From the human T2T-CHM13v2.0 reference genome, Homo sapiens, in the NCBI RefSeq assembly GCF_009914755.1, contig NC_060930.1: a stretch of DNA of 64,000 bases, one strand, 5' to 3'. The notes below the pieces were generated by a model that was not told where the DNA came from, did not search any database, and was given only the letters and a program-made list of their open reading frames with translations. This document shows positions 1-16,210 of the stretch, piece after piece. The translations under genes and the position numbers were made by a program. The number at the start of each line of letters is the position of its first letter. Within the stretch, counting starts at the first letter, position 1.

Positions 1-660
1 GGTGAAGCGCAATTCCCTACTCCTTACGGATGGGCTGTGCACAGTGAGTACTTCCAAAGAGTACAGTAAGGAAATGAAGGGGAAATATAACTTTACAATG
101 GAGAAACCTGATAAATAAGACTTCAACCATAGCATCAAGGTCAACATCATCAGTGATAAGTCATGTCACTAGCATGTACTCTCACCATATGATGAAAATG
201 CCACGTCACCTCTGGGATCTTCTTCCCCAAGCCCCCTAACCCTAGTCTAATCATGAGAAAAACATTAGACAAACTGAAATTGCAGAACACTTTACAAAAT
301 ACCCAACCAGTACTCCTCAAAACTGCCAAAGTCATCACAAAAGGAAATTCTGAGCAACTTTCCCAGCCCAGAGGAGCTTAAGGAAACATGACAACTAAAT
401 GTTATGTAGTATCTTGGATGGGATCCTGGAATAGAATAGAATAGGGAAAAGCTAATTAAATCGGAATAAAATATTGACTTTATTTAATAATGAAGTATTA
501 TGATGGGTTCACTAGTTGAGACAAACATACCACAGTAATATGAGATGTTAAAAATGGGGGGAAATCAGGTGCGGGGTACGTGAGAATTCTCTGTTTTATC
601 TCTGCAATACTTCTGTAAACTGAAAACTATTCTAAAATAGTGTTTGTTTTCAAAATATTA
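1..660 (+). mobile_element. Old L1M (L1MC/L1MD-like) 3' end
   Basis: Ends TCTCTGCAATACTTCTGTAAACTGAAAACTATTCTAAAAT, typical of L1M 3' UTR ends; boundaries approximate. Confidence 0.7.
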
Positions 661-1424
661 AAAACAGGATGTGGCAGAATAAACTGGGTAAATGGAGAGG
701 AGGAGAGAAGAGAGGCCTCTTCCTGGCAGCACAGAACTGGAAGCAGCTTGCTGTGCAGGACGCCATGCTCTGACATACAGGAGCTAATCCTGGGCCTTCA
801 AAGCCAACATCCCTGCCCAAATGCTAGTGCAGTTGCCACCTTTACCTGAGATTCAAAACCTCAACCCAGCAGGTGTGGCGACCCCTCATCCAAGGCAAGG
901 TCTGTGCTTTGCCTCATTAGAGAATACTGCTGGGACAAAGCGGTAGGGCAAAGTGTCCCTACCAGCTGGAGTCTCCACCAGGGGGGCTGGGGAATCTGGG
1001 ATCAGCTCATCTTTCTTTTCCATTTATAGAACCAAAATATGGGCCTGGGGAATTTCTGGCTCCAGCTGTCATTTAGGGGAGGACCTTGTCTAAGACATTT
1101 GCTAGAACATCACTGGAAAGAATTGGGAGGGGATTTGGGGGGAAACGGAGATGTGCGGCCAAGAGCACACTAAAGGGGAGAGGATCGGTTGATATAAAAC
1201 TCAAGGATTTTTCTAGAAACATCTGGCTTTGGCAGTAACAGAAATGCCAACTAAACATTGTTTGACAGACTGGTAGCAAGAGGTAGATAATCTGAGGATG
1301 GAGAGTGTGGCTGGGGAAGGATGAGGATGTATAGAGGCTGCTGGCACATCCGCAGAGGGTAAGCCAACAAAGCAAGATTTTAAAATGTGTTTAGGGCAGC
1401 AGTGGGCACATGCAAAGGAATACC

Positions 1425-1635
1425 AGCTTTGGATCTGGATTGAATGTCCAGCGTGGCCACTCGCTGATTCTGAGGCTTAGTACTTAGGCCCTCAGAGCCT
1501 GCCTTTCCTCATCTGTAAAGATAATAGCCCTCACACAGGGATGTAGTTAGAATTAAATGCAGAAGTTTAGCATAATGCAAAGTGAGAACTCAATAAAAGT
1601 TAATTGTCATTATTGGTGTTAGTATTATTATTGTT
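1425..1635 (+). mobile_element. MIR SINE
   Basis: Core TTTCCTCATCTGTAAA with a CTCAATAAA / TATTATT tail. Confidence 0.7.
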
Positions 1636-2306
1636 ACTTTTAGAAATTCCAAAAATGCAAATAAGTCCCAAGTTTCTTGTTCATGCAGTGATGGCAGGAG
1701 GAGGAAACTGCCCATCTTTCCTGGAACCCATCTACATTTTCCATGCTTATCTCTTGGGATCACATCTTCAGAAATCTCTGCAAATTGACCCTTTTTCCTC
1801 ACACCTCGCAGATGATCCCCTCTGTGAAACATGCTTCCAATCCATCTTGAAATGGTTCCTAAGTGTTGCTTATGTAATACCTATCCTTTCCAAGTGGCAT
1901 CATTTAAGCCAAATCTAAAAAGGAAAAAAAATCATTCATTCAATCAGACAGACATTTATTCAACAAAAACTTCTTGAGCACCTACTATGTGCCAGGAACT
2001 GTTCTAGGTGCTGAAGATTCAGCTGTGAATGGGGAAGATAAACTTCTTGTTCTCAATGCAAGCAACTAGGTGACCAGGGTAGGCCTATAAAGGGGTAACA
2101 TTGAAGTCAGGATGTGAGTGGCTAGAGGTAGCCTGTTGTGACTGGAGAAAGCTTTCCAGGCAGACAGAACAGCTTGTGCAAACATTCTAAAGCTTGCCTT
2201 CTTCAAGAAACCAGAGTGGTTGGAACTGTGGGCAAGAGTCAGAATGGTGCAAGAAGAGGACAAGTTAGGTGGTTAGGTTGAGATAATGGCAGTTTTCTAA
2301 CTTAGC

Positions 2307-2751
2307 GTTATGCATTGAATTGTGTCTCTCTAAAAAGACATAGCTTCAAGTTCTAATCCCCTGTACCTGCAAATATTGGCTTTATTTAGACATAGGGTCT
2401 TTGCAGAGGTAATTAAGTTAAAATGAGTGCATACTGCATTAGGGTTGGTCTTAACCCAATGACTGGTGTGCTTATAAGATGAAAAAAACTTGATACAGAC
2501 ACAGACACCTGTTTAGAGAGAATGCTATGTGACGACAGAGGCAGAGATTGGAGTAATGTGTTGACAGCCAAGAAACAGCCGGCAACCACCAGAAGCTAGG
2601 AAGAGGCAAGAAAGGACCCTCCCCTGGAGTCTTCAGAAAGAGAGCATGGCCCTGCTGACACCCTGATTTCAGTCTTCTAGCCTCCAGAAAGGATGTTTTA
2701 GCCACCCAGTTGGTAGTTCTTTGTTACAGCAGCCCTAAGGAAACAAATACA
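2307..2751 (+). mobile_element. MLT1 (MaLR) solo LTR
   Basis: TTGAATTGTGTC...AGGGTCTTTGCAGA...GCAGCCCTAAGGAAACAAATACA. Confidence 0.8.
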
Positions 2752-2859
2752 GTCAGGATAACAAGCTTGGATTTTATTCTATGAGTGATGGAAATAATTA
2801 CAGGATTTTAAGCAGGGAAACACACAAGCTAGTTTTCATTTTATAAAAATAAATATGGT

Positions 2860-3250
2860 GCTAGGCCCAGTGGCTCACATCAGAATCTCTGAGTGCTGTT
2901 ATCCCAGCACTTTAGGAGACTGAAGCAAGAGGGTCACTTGAGCTCATGAGTTCAAGACCTGTCTGGACAAAATGGCAAAACTCCATCTCTACAAAAAATA
3001 CAAAAAAAAAAAAAAAAAAAAAAACCTGAAACAAAACAAAACAAAAAAAAACTGGCTGGGTGTGGTGGCATGCACCTTAGTCCCAGCTACTTAGGAGGCT
3101 GAGGTAGGAAGACGGCTTGAGCCTGGGAGGCGGAGGTTGCAGTAAGCCGAGATTGCGCCACTGCACTCCAATCTGGGAGACAGAGCCAGACCCTGTCTCA
3201 AAATACATACATACATACATACATACATACATACATACATACATACATAC
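2860..3250 (+). mobile_element. AluJ-like element with expanded middle A tract and (TACA)n tail
   Basis: Two Alu arms; (TACA)n at about 3204-3250. Confidence 0.9.
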
Positions 3251-3769
3251 GGCTGCTGTTAGGCAGAATGGATGGGGAAGTGGAGGCAAAGTGCAGAAAA
3301 GAACACTACTAAGGAGGTATCACGTGGTCTAGCTGAGAGACACTGGTGGCTAAACTAGGGTGGAAGTAGGGAGGTGGAAAGAATTGATTGGATTCAGGGT
3401 GTACTTTGAGATGGAACTGAAGTGACGGGTGAGAGAAAGCACAAAATCTAGGACAATATCTACATCTATTCACAAAATCTTTGCTTTAATAGTACATTTT
3501 TATTATGTTAGTTATAAAACACTAGCATGTATTTACTTACTGCTGATTTGGTTAACTAACTAGACTTATTATTGGGCAATAATACTGGCTTTGTCTCTAA
3601 GTTTCAAAACATTCCTTCTGTAATACTAAAGTAATAAACCTTCAGAATGAGACAGCAAAAGTTCTGTGCAGAACTTTGGGAGAGGGCATGAAGAAAAGGA
3701 AATAATCCATATTTCCTCATCGGGGAAATGGACATAATTTCAGTCAACTACGCATTGCCACTGCACTGC

Positions 3770-3935
3770 AGGGCAGTGGCAAGAATACAGGTCTTAGAGA
3801 TAACAAATGACACGCTAGTCCTGGTTCTACTGCCAACTCGCACGGGACTCTGAGCAACTCACTCAGCTCCTCTAAGCTTCATCTTCCAAAGCCTTTAAAT
3901 GGGTTACAGTTGTTGGTTTCTAAGCTCTTCCCAAC
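3770..3935 (+). mobile_element. MIR SINE (degenerate)
   Basis: TAGTCCTGGTTCTACTGCCAACTCGC...GCAACTCACTCAGCTCCTCTAAGCTTCA. Confidence 0.55.
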
Positions 3936-4099
3936 TCATAATGTTGTGTGTGTAACTTTCATTAGATTATTTTTGAACACATTAAAGAATTTGAGTCAAA
4001 ACCAGTGTTAGCACCATATTTGGAATGTTAATTAGAAGAAATGTAGCATTCTAAATTATTTGAAGTCCTGTTTCTGGTAAGATGGAAAACTGGTTATTA

Positions 4100-6322
<2,223 letters not shown>

Positions 6323-6757
6323 TGTTATGGGTTGAAATGTGTCCCTCAAACACATATTGAAATCTCAACTCTCAGTACCTGTGAATGTGACCTTATTTGA
6401 AAATACAGTCTTTGCAGATGGTTGAGTTAAGATGAGGTCATAAGTCTGGGTCTTAATCCAATGTGGCTGGTATCCTTATACAAAATGGAAATATGGACGG
6501 AGAGGCAGACACACACAGATGGAAGATGATGGGAAGACATGGGGAGTAAGCTGTCTACAAGCCAAGGAAAGCCTGACACTATCAGAAGCTGGGAGAGAGA
6601 CATGGAACAGATTCTTCCTTACAGGCTCAGAAAGAACCAACACTACCTACACCTTGATCATGAACTTGTGGCTTCCAAAACTCTGAGACAATAAATTTCT
6701 GTTGTTTGTTATCTAGTTTGTTGTGTTTTGTTATATCAGCCCTAGAAAATAAATGCA
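6323..6757 (+). mobile_element. MLT1 (MaLR) solo LTR
   Basis: TGTTATGGGTTGAAATGTGTCCC...CAGCCCTAGAAAATAAATGCA. Confidence 0.8.
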
Positions 6758-6760
6758 CTC

Positions 6761-7062
6761 TTTTTTTTTTTTTTTTTTTTTTGTTCAAGGTCTCACTCTG
6801 TCACTCAAGCTATAGTGCAGTGACACGATCATGACTTACTTCAGCTTTGAGTTCCTGGGCTCAAGCAATCCTTCCACCTCAGTCTCCCAAGTAGCTAGGA
6901 CTACAGGTGTGCACCATCACAGTTGGCTAATTCATTTATTTTTTGTAGAAGCAGGGTAGTGCTATGTTGCCCAGGCTGGTCTCGAACTCTTAGGCTCAGG
7001 TGATCCTGCTGCCTAGCCTCCCAAAGTGCTGGAATTACAAGCATGAGCCACAATGCCCAGCC
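6761..7062 (-). mobile_element. AluJ
   Basis: Poly-T followed by a diverged Alu dimer. Confidence 0.92.
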
Positions 7063-7081
7063 TAGATTTTTGTTTTTTTAA

Positions 7082-7798
<717 letters not shown>

Positions 7799-8575
7799 CC
7801 TCCCCACCTCTATTTAAGGAAGACTAGCTTTGTCCATGTCCCTGCCCATAGTTTTCCTTGTGGACACATTTCTCCTTGGAATTCACATTCTTTCTTCATA
7901 CAAAACTCCCTTGGGGTTCTGAGGAGATGCTCCAGGGGAACAAAGTTAGAAGACATTGAATAACTCACCATGTTTAACCACAGACTTTAGTCTAAAAACT
8001 TGCCTGCTGGAAATGCAAATTGGTTCCAATAACAAGAAGCTTGTGGCCAGTGATCTAATTCCATTCCTAGGAGTCAGCCTGTAACTGGGTCTACTCGTAC
8101 ATTTTTCCTTCTGCACTTGGGGGAGATGTTAAACACCCAAGAGATGGAAGGGCTGGTACCTTTTGGCCTTGAGGCCTGCTTTGGTCAAATCTGGGATTCT
8201 AATTAAATAATCATTGCACTAACACTTTCTTAGGAAAGTAAAATTACCCAAATAAAATAGATTGCCTTCATCACAGTGAAAGCAGAAGGGGATGCTTGGA
8301 GGTGGGAGTGGAATGGCCCACCCTTTCTTGTGCCTTTCAGAGATGCAAATGATGTGGGACAGGATTCGGATCCTATGGGTTCAGATGCTGGTCTGTATCC
8401 AGAGAGGGGCTGAGACTGGTGATGAGGTGGGGAGGGCTCCTGCTCTGCCTGAGGTGGGAAGGAATGGTTTCATTTCCTCCTCACCGAAGGAACCCAAGAG
8501 AGGAGACAATGAAGCCAGTATTCCATGGGTACCAGGAGAGAGAAGGAAGAAAAAGAAAAACAAAAAAGTTCTATC

Positions 8576-8937
8576 TGATATGGTTTCACTGTGTCCCCAC
8601 CCAAATCTCATCTTGAATTGTAGCTCCCATAATTCCCACGTGTTGTGGGAGGGACCCGGTGGGAGGTAACTGAATCATGGGGGTAATTTCCCCCATACTG
8701 TTCTTGTGGTAGTGAATAAGTCTCACCAGATCTGATGGTTTTACAACGGGAAACCCCTTTCGCTTGACTCTCGTTCTCTCTTATCTGCCACCATATAAGA
8801 CATACTTTTCGCTTTCCACCATGACTGTGAGGCCTCCCTGGCCATGTGGAACTGTGAGTCCATTAAACCTCTTTTTCTTTATAAATTACCCAGTTTCAGG
8901 TATCTCTTTATCAGCAGGGTGAAAACAGACTAATACA
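8576..8937 (+). mobile_element. THE1 (THE1C-like) solo LTR, 362 bp
   Basis: TGATATGGTTT...GACTAATACA with a perfect 5-bp TSD CTATC (8571-8575 and 8938-8942). Confidence 0.92.
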
Positions 8938-9314
8938 CTATCCTTAAATAAAGTAGGATTCAGAAAAACATCTATCCATGACAGTCATTTAACAGAAGCT
9001 GTCCACTATGGCCTGCAACACCAACAATCTTTAGCAGAAACCATACATTTCAAGAACTGCTTGGTGTGATTGGGTGTCTTACAGAAACTGGTGAGGGGGT
9101 CAAGTTCTGTGCATCAGTGGCAATGGGATCAAAACTGTCAGCCCAGCTGATGAGAATGGGGACATGGACCATCCGGGTACAGGCATCCTGAGCTCAGCAG
9201 AACTCTGATCCCCCAGGGGCTGGAGCCGGCTTGTACTAGTCCATGAGAGAGGATTGTTACATCTTCAGGAGTATTGCAAGTGGATTGTTAAACACAGCCC
9301 TTATTAAAAATTAT

Positions 9315-9405
9315 GAGGCAGAGGTTGCAGTGAGCTGAGATTGCGCCATTGCACTCCAGCCTGGGCAACAGAGTGAGACTCTGTGTCAAAAAAATTTTAA
9401 AAATA
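9315..9405 (+). mobile_element. 5'-truncated Alu (end of right arm only)
   Basis: GAGGCAGAGGTTGCAGTGAG...ACTCTGTGTCAAAA; flanking repeat AAAAATTA. Confidence 0.85.
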
Positions 9406-9887
9406 AAAATTACAGTATATACACTTACAAGTTAATAAAGTTTGTAGGGAGTCTCTGAACCTACTCTGGCTCAGGAGGCTGCCCCATTCACAAGTCGTTT
9501 TTTACTTAGTGAAACCAAACAAACAAACAAATAAATAAAAAGTTTATTAAAAACAAAAGTAATAAATACTGACAACTCATCACTTGCTAATTTTACGACT
9601 CCATCTGTATTTCCAAGGGTTTGCTGCTGTACATCTTTTCCCAAATCCATATTCAGGGATGTGAATTCATTGGTGGCTCAATATTGGCCATGAAGGGAAT
9701 ATTTACACCTTAGAATCTGGGAAATGCTGTGAATTAGAGCTGTGTTGATTTATAGATTTTAAAAAATGATGGAGAAAATACTAAAAATGCAGATTAAACT
9801 TAAAAGCATGTCATGTCTATAGCTGTTACAATGTGAATAGCACAAAATACTTAAATTCTTTTTTGTCTTCAAAAACTATTATCCAAT

Positions 9888-10370
<483 letters not shown>

Positions 10371-10828
10371 AACTATTATCGAATTTAGCAAGGAAGTCAT
10401 TCTCAGTCTTGACAAACAAGGAAAGCTCTGACATAAGACCTCATTGTTTACGCTCATTTTACTCTTTAACATGAGTGAAAATAACAACTAACATTCATGT
10501 CAGAGCTATGCTCAGAATGCCAGCTGTAAAACATTTACCAGCCTACCACTGCCTCAGATCCACCTCTGAGCCTCACCCCTGACCCCTGTTCCAGCCCTGG
10601 GTGCATGGGCACTGGGGGGTAGGCAACAGAAGACTCAGGGGATACAGTCCCTACCCTAGGTGCTGCTCAATGTTCAACCCGAGGAAATGGCCCCTGCCTT
10701 GTGACTGTGTCATAATTTCCCCCACAGACCACAGGTAGCAATCCATACCTACCATCAGCAAGAGAGGGACCCTGGAAAGAGACACAGGAAGGGTATTAGG
10801 TAGCCACTCTTCCCATCTGTACTATTAA

Positions 10829-11138
<310 letters not shown>

Positions 11139-11517
11139 TATTAAGCTATCTTTAATGTCTGTAATACAACTCCAAGCAATACAACATCTGGACTGCCACA
11201 GAACCCGTGATGCCAATTCAACAGTTCTAATGAAAACACATTTAGAAAGAGGCTTTAAACAAATGTTGAGACAAACAAACGAAAACCCTTTCTACTTAAG
11301 TTTGAATACTCAAGTTTCTACTTAAGTTCTCTTGCTTGAGATTTTTGTGAACTTGACTCTCTTGTTACACAGGGCAAAGAACACCTATTTTTTCAGAAAA
11401 AGAAAAAGGAAGAGAGAACAAAACAATCCAACGTACTGAAGGATTACAAAACATTGCATTTACCCATATTAATTAGAAAATTACTTCAGCAAGCGAATTT
11501 TCCAGTTAACAGAAGCC

Positions 11518-12277
11518 TGTCCTTTAGGTACTCAACAGAAGCTGCTAGCTGTTCCCAAATATCCATTCTCCTTTCTCCCTTTAATAGTGGACTTCCTAAA
11601 TTTTAGCTGATCACTCGGTAACCAGCACTGCGTTTCCTAGCTTCCCTTGTAGCTACGGGTGGCTGAGTGACTAACTGCTGGCCTGGGGAATGCAAATTGT
11701 AATGGATGTGTGACTTCGAGAATTGAGCCCTTCAAGGAGACAGGCGTGCCCTCTGCTAGCTCTGTGTTCCCATTCTGTTGTCTAAAACAGTGGGACAGTG
11801 GGACCTGGAGCAGCCACGTCAGACCAGGAGGTAGAAACTGTGTGTTAACAATGGCAGAACTGGCTGGGCCCGGTGGCTCATGCCTGTAACCCCAGCGCTT
11901 TGGGAGGCTGAGGCGAGAGGATCTCTCGAGCTCAGGCATTCAAGACCAGCCTGGGGAACTCGGTGAGACTTCATCTGTACAAAAAAAAAAAAAAAAAAGT
12001 AAAAAAGTAGCCAGGCATGGTGGCGTGCATCTGTATTCCCCACAACTCAATTGCTTGACCTGGGAAGTCAGGGCTACAGTGAGCTGTGAGGGTGCCACTG
12101 CACTCCAGCCTAGGTGACAAGCAACAATACAGGAACAGCCTGGGTCCCCACCCCATGGAGCCATCATACCAGCCTTCCCACACTTTAACATGAGAAAGAA
12201 ATTAGCTTCTTTCTTCTTTAAAGTCACTGTTATTTAGCCCTTGTTACAGCAGCTGAATTTGTATCCCGAATGACACA
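11518..12277 (+). mobile_element. Old MLT1 (J-like) LTR split by an AluJ at about 11862-12120
   Basis: TTTCCTAGCTTCCCTTGTAGCTA...TTTAAAGTCACTGTTATT...TTGTTACAGCAGC; the inner Alu has a shortened right arm. Confidence 0.7.
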
Positions 12278-15200
12278 ATTACCAACATTTTAAGTCATTT
12301 TAACTATTTTGTTTTTAACATTTCAAGGATGATAGCCTTTCTAGAACATGCCACACCTTTCTTAACTCATTAAACAGAGCAGACAGAACATCGTTTTCTC
12401 TTTTTTGACTTGAGAAGCATAATTGCTATTCTGAACAATAATACAAGGCGATGGCTGAGGAGCGGAGGGCTGCTGCCTCCTGTGGGCTTGGTTCATTCAT
12501 GCCTAAGTCCTGCAGTTTTTCTACACTTCTTTCCTCTCACTCTCAAACTATCAAGGATCAAATAAGAAATACACACAAAATGCTTCCACCCGGAGCCTCA
12601 AACGTAAAAGTATTCAATAAATATTTTGTATGATTATGATTGCTATTAGTATTATTATTACCTTTTATTGGGGACAAACAACTACTTTTCAAAACCCAGA
12701 ACTTGTTTCTTCTGCTTAAATAAAAATCCCAACCAGGAAGACACAGAAGATTGAAATCCCACTATTAGAGGCATTATAACCAGCTGGCTCAACAGAATGG
12801 AAACTAGGATTTGTTCTTACTGCAGCCCCCTCTGTTTCTTTAAAAATACCTTGGTGGTCTTTTTGGTCATGAAATGTAAGGAAAATCTACCTATTGATCT
12901 TGGGGAGTCTCTGAACTAAGGACCTCAACCAATAGCAGATGTTTCAAATGGAGAGGTAAATGCTCTGTTTGATCATGAACAAGGCTATCTTCATGGTAGT
13001 CAGAGTACGGCTCTTCATAGAACATACGACGTTCAGAGGTTTTGCTTTCTTTGACCAGGGCAAGAAGGGGGCAGTAGCACCATAAAATGTGATACTCTTC
13101 CAGCTGTGAGTCTGCCCCAGTCATGTGGCTGCAAGCCTGGGGCCAAGAGGGAGAGGGCCAGATGGGCCCTGGGAGGGGGCCTGACCTATGAACTCTAGAG
13201 CATTGACACCTGACCGCCAGTGTAACCCTCCCTTATCTGCCTGCAATTCACTCATGTTATCCTCAGGAAGCAGTTAAGTGTCACAGCCTGTGTTACATGT
13301 TCTTGAGTCTTGAAGGCAGGTCTTGGATCAGAGAGAGTTCCCACATATGCACAGAGGTGATTGACAGAGCAGCTGGGGAAGCATCAGGCAAGAAGTGACA
13401 AATGTCAACCAGCATAGACTTGTTATACAGTCAACACAATGAGGCGTCCTCAGAATCTCCTGGAGAAGAGCCTGCCAAAGGCTCAGAAACATATGATTTT
13501 ATTACGATGCTATTATTAACATCAATATATCATTATAATAATGTTATTATTGATATAATAAAATTATGTTATATCTTATTTTATAAGATTGACATTACTG
13601 TATTATTTCTCTCTTGTTAGTATATTATCATCTCACTACAAAAGTTATTATTCTCCAGTGTCCAGCTGTGTATGGAGTCTTCTCCCCAAAAATACCTTCC
13701 CCTCCAAATCTAAGGCTACTAACCAGCTATAATTGAGCTTGCAAGAAACATGTTAACAAAAAACGTAAACAAATTCTGATGGAAGGCCTGGAAGCATTTT
13801 CTTAGCAATGAAATACAAGATCTTTAAAAGTTAGACCAAGTAATATCTTACTTTGCTTGGTCAGGGTTTTTTTTAACAATTTCTGGCTCCCCAGCTGTGT
13901 CCCAGAGAGTTAAAATCATCAAATTAGTTGACATTTGGCAAATGGAGTGAAACTGTACAATTTCTGAGCTGGCTTCTTCACAATTAAAGTCCTGTCATTA
14001 ATGGTAAAATGGGGTGTCCAGGTCTAGGAAATTGTCAAAATAAAACTGGGGAGATTAATAGGTTGCCAACTTTATTTTGCCAACTAAGAACATTTTTAAA
14101 AATTACTAAATCCTATTAACATACAACATTTAATAAAACAAAACATTTTACCACCAAGATAGTAGGAAGCAGATATTTCAGAATAAAGGATCATCCTTTA
14201 AGAGGAATCATTTGAACTTCATGAAGACTTTCAAATGGCTCTTGTTTTTCTTATGTCACCACGGATGGGTGGGAACTTCACGCAGAATGGCACCCGGTTT
14301 GGAACTATTATTCTAGAACATTATGCCCATAGCTTGGGAAGCTTTCTGGGAGTTGTTGGCCTAAAATAATTTCCATACATTTTCCTAAATATATGGGAAG
14401 TAGATTCAAGGAAGAGGAGTGGCCTACTTCCCATAAGAGAAACTCTATGAGGAAATGGGAAAAGACTGCCTGCTTTGGGCAGAGCTCTGTATTATCAGCC
14501 AACCAACCCAAAGATTTCTTCCTGACCTGAGTTGTCTCTGAGTGTCATGAGTGCTGAAAACTACCCTTTTGAGGAGACAGGAAAATTGTGAAATCAGGTT
14601 CCTTTCATGGAATGAATTTTCCATTCTTCCTGGCCCCAGGAATGCTGAGTCTGTTGGTAATTTTCATTCTTGGGTCACAGCCTCCAGGAGAGTAGGAGAA
14701 AGGCCAAATAGGAGACAGAAGTCTTCAGTATGTTTCTTCGAATCCTGGATTTGCTCGATGCATCTATAAACAGAAAGGCTGCCCTGCTCCAGCCCTCCAG
14801 ATGCAATTCCCAGAAGCCAACAACTGCACAGTAGTGAGTGGGTAAGACTGGCCCTACGCCAGCTTAAGAGAGAGTTCTAAAGCTGGCATGCACATGAAAG
14901 AAAGGAGATTCTTGTTGTTAGAAGAACAACCAGTGAGAGAAGACTTTACCTCATGAGATAGCTGAGTAAAAGCTTCTTTTACTAAAACCAATGACCCCAC
15001 AATAACTTTGAGGAGCCTTCCTCCCACCTACTGATTTTATTTTCCAGCATTTGGAAGAACTATGGAGAACCAAAGGGATAAAGATTGAATTCATTACCAA
15101 CTCTTCCAGAAGCTCTTTCTACTGACCTGAAATAATTTCCATATATTTTCCTAAATATATGGGAGTTAATTGCCAATTTGCATTCTGGTTTCAGTATTCA

Positions 15201-16054
15201 GGTCTCAAGATGGAAACATAAGCCTTTATTTCACGAAAAATAGATAAAGGAAAACTCCTGAAGCTCATTTTCTAATGCCCGAAAGGTTTGTGAAGAACAA
15301 GTGTAACATTTTTTTCCTCTCTAATAGCCTATTCAAAAACAACTAAGAGAAGCAGCCCTCCCTTGAGTTTGAGTTGGTTTATGATTGTGGTTACATCAGA
15401 GGATTTGTTCTCCACCCCAGCCTCTCCAAATCACTGCTAATTCTTATAAGGGTCACAGGAATGTAATTTTGCCTGATATGCCTCCTTGTAGCCAAACTCG
15501 ACATCAGCACCTTTTAGAAGTGGGAAACTAGGAATTAACACGCTGAATTTTCATTATGACTCTCTGTGTTGAGGTTCTGTTTGGGAAGACTTTCCCATGT
15601 CCTTTGACACTGGCCTGCTCACATTATTAATTTAAATGTCTCAGGAACATCATCTGCTCCTGCTAAAATAAATGACAAATGAGTTCTGGAAAGTGGCTTC
15701 AAGATTTACCCTAGTAGGAACAGTCAGGGGAAAGCTCAGTGTCTGAAACACTAATTTAGATGCAAGGTTTAATAATGTGTGTTTAGCGATGACCCTAAAA
15801 TCTACTCACTCACAACTTTCCCCATCTGGTGTAATTTGCTTTCTCCACTTGGAAAAATGCACACGACAGCATGCATTATGGCCATGTTGTAACAGTGAGA
15901 CCTCATCCGTCACATACTTCACCGAGGGAGGCTTATTTCTCATCCTGTCTCTACCAAGCTCCCAACCTCTAGTGGCATTTTGCAGTGCAGGTCTGACCAA
16001 GTACCCATGCCCCAGCCCAATACCACTTTGGAGAAGGAGATGATGGAGCCGTAC

Positions 16055-16210
16055 CTTGTACCCGGGTTTCCGCCCTCTTTTCTTTGGGATCTTCACTGCT
16101 GGTAAAGAGCCAGCTGAAGCAGAATAAAGGTTATGAACTGCCATCTTCATAGGCGTGGAGTGAAGTGAGGGTCGGCCTCGCTTTCTCCCCGGGATCCTTT
16201 GAGACTGCAT
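16055..16210 (-). CDS. SCML4: SCML4 first coding exon, coding part (aa 1-52, two AT-hook-like motifs)
   Basis: Translates MQSQRIPGRKRGRPSLHSTPMKMAVHNLYSASAGSLPAVKIPKKRGRKPGYK, which I recognise as the SCML4 N-terminus. ATG at 16210-16208; 156 nt ending at a phase-0 donor AAG|GTACGG (GT at 16054-16053). Contains KRGRP and KRGRKP motifs. Confidence 0.96.

Larger units (their letters stand above)
1930..3460 (-). mobile_element. L2 LINE 3' region, interrupted by an MLT1 LTR and an Alu
   Basis: CATTCATTCA...TTGAGCACCTACTATGTGCCAGG is the reversed L2 3' end; similarity resumes after each insertion. Confidence 0.7.

Noticed and set aside
12885-13124. Exon-like 77-aa minus-strand ORF ending at TAG|GTAGAT
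   Set aside because: No similarity to Scm-family proteins, weak donor and no clear acceptor; cannot be supported without RNA data.
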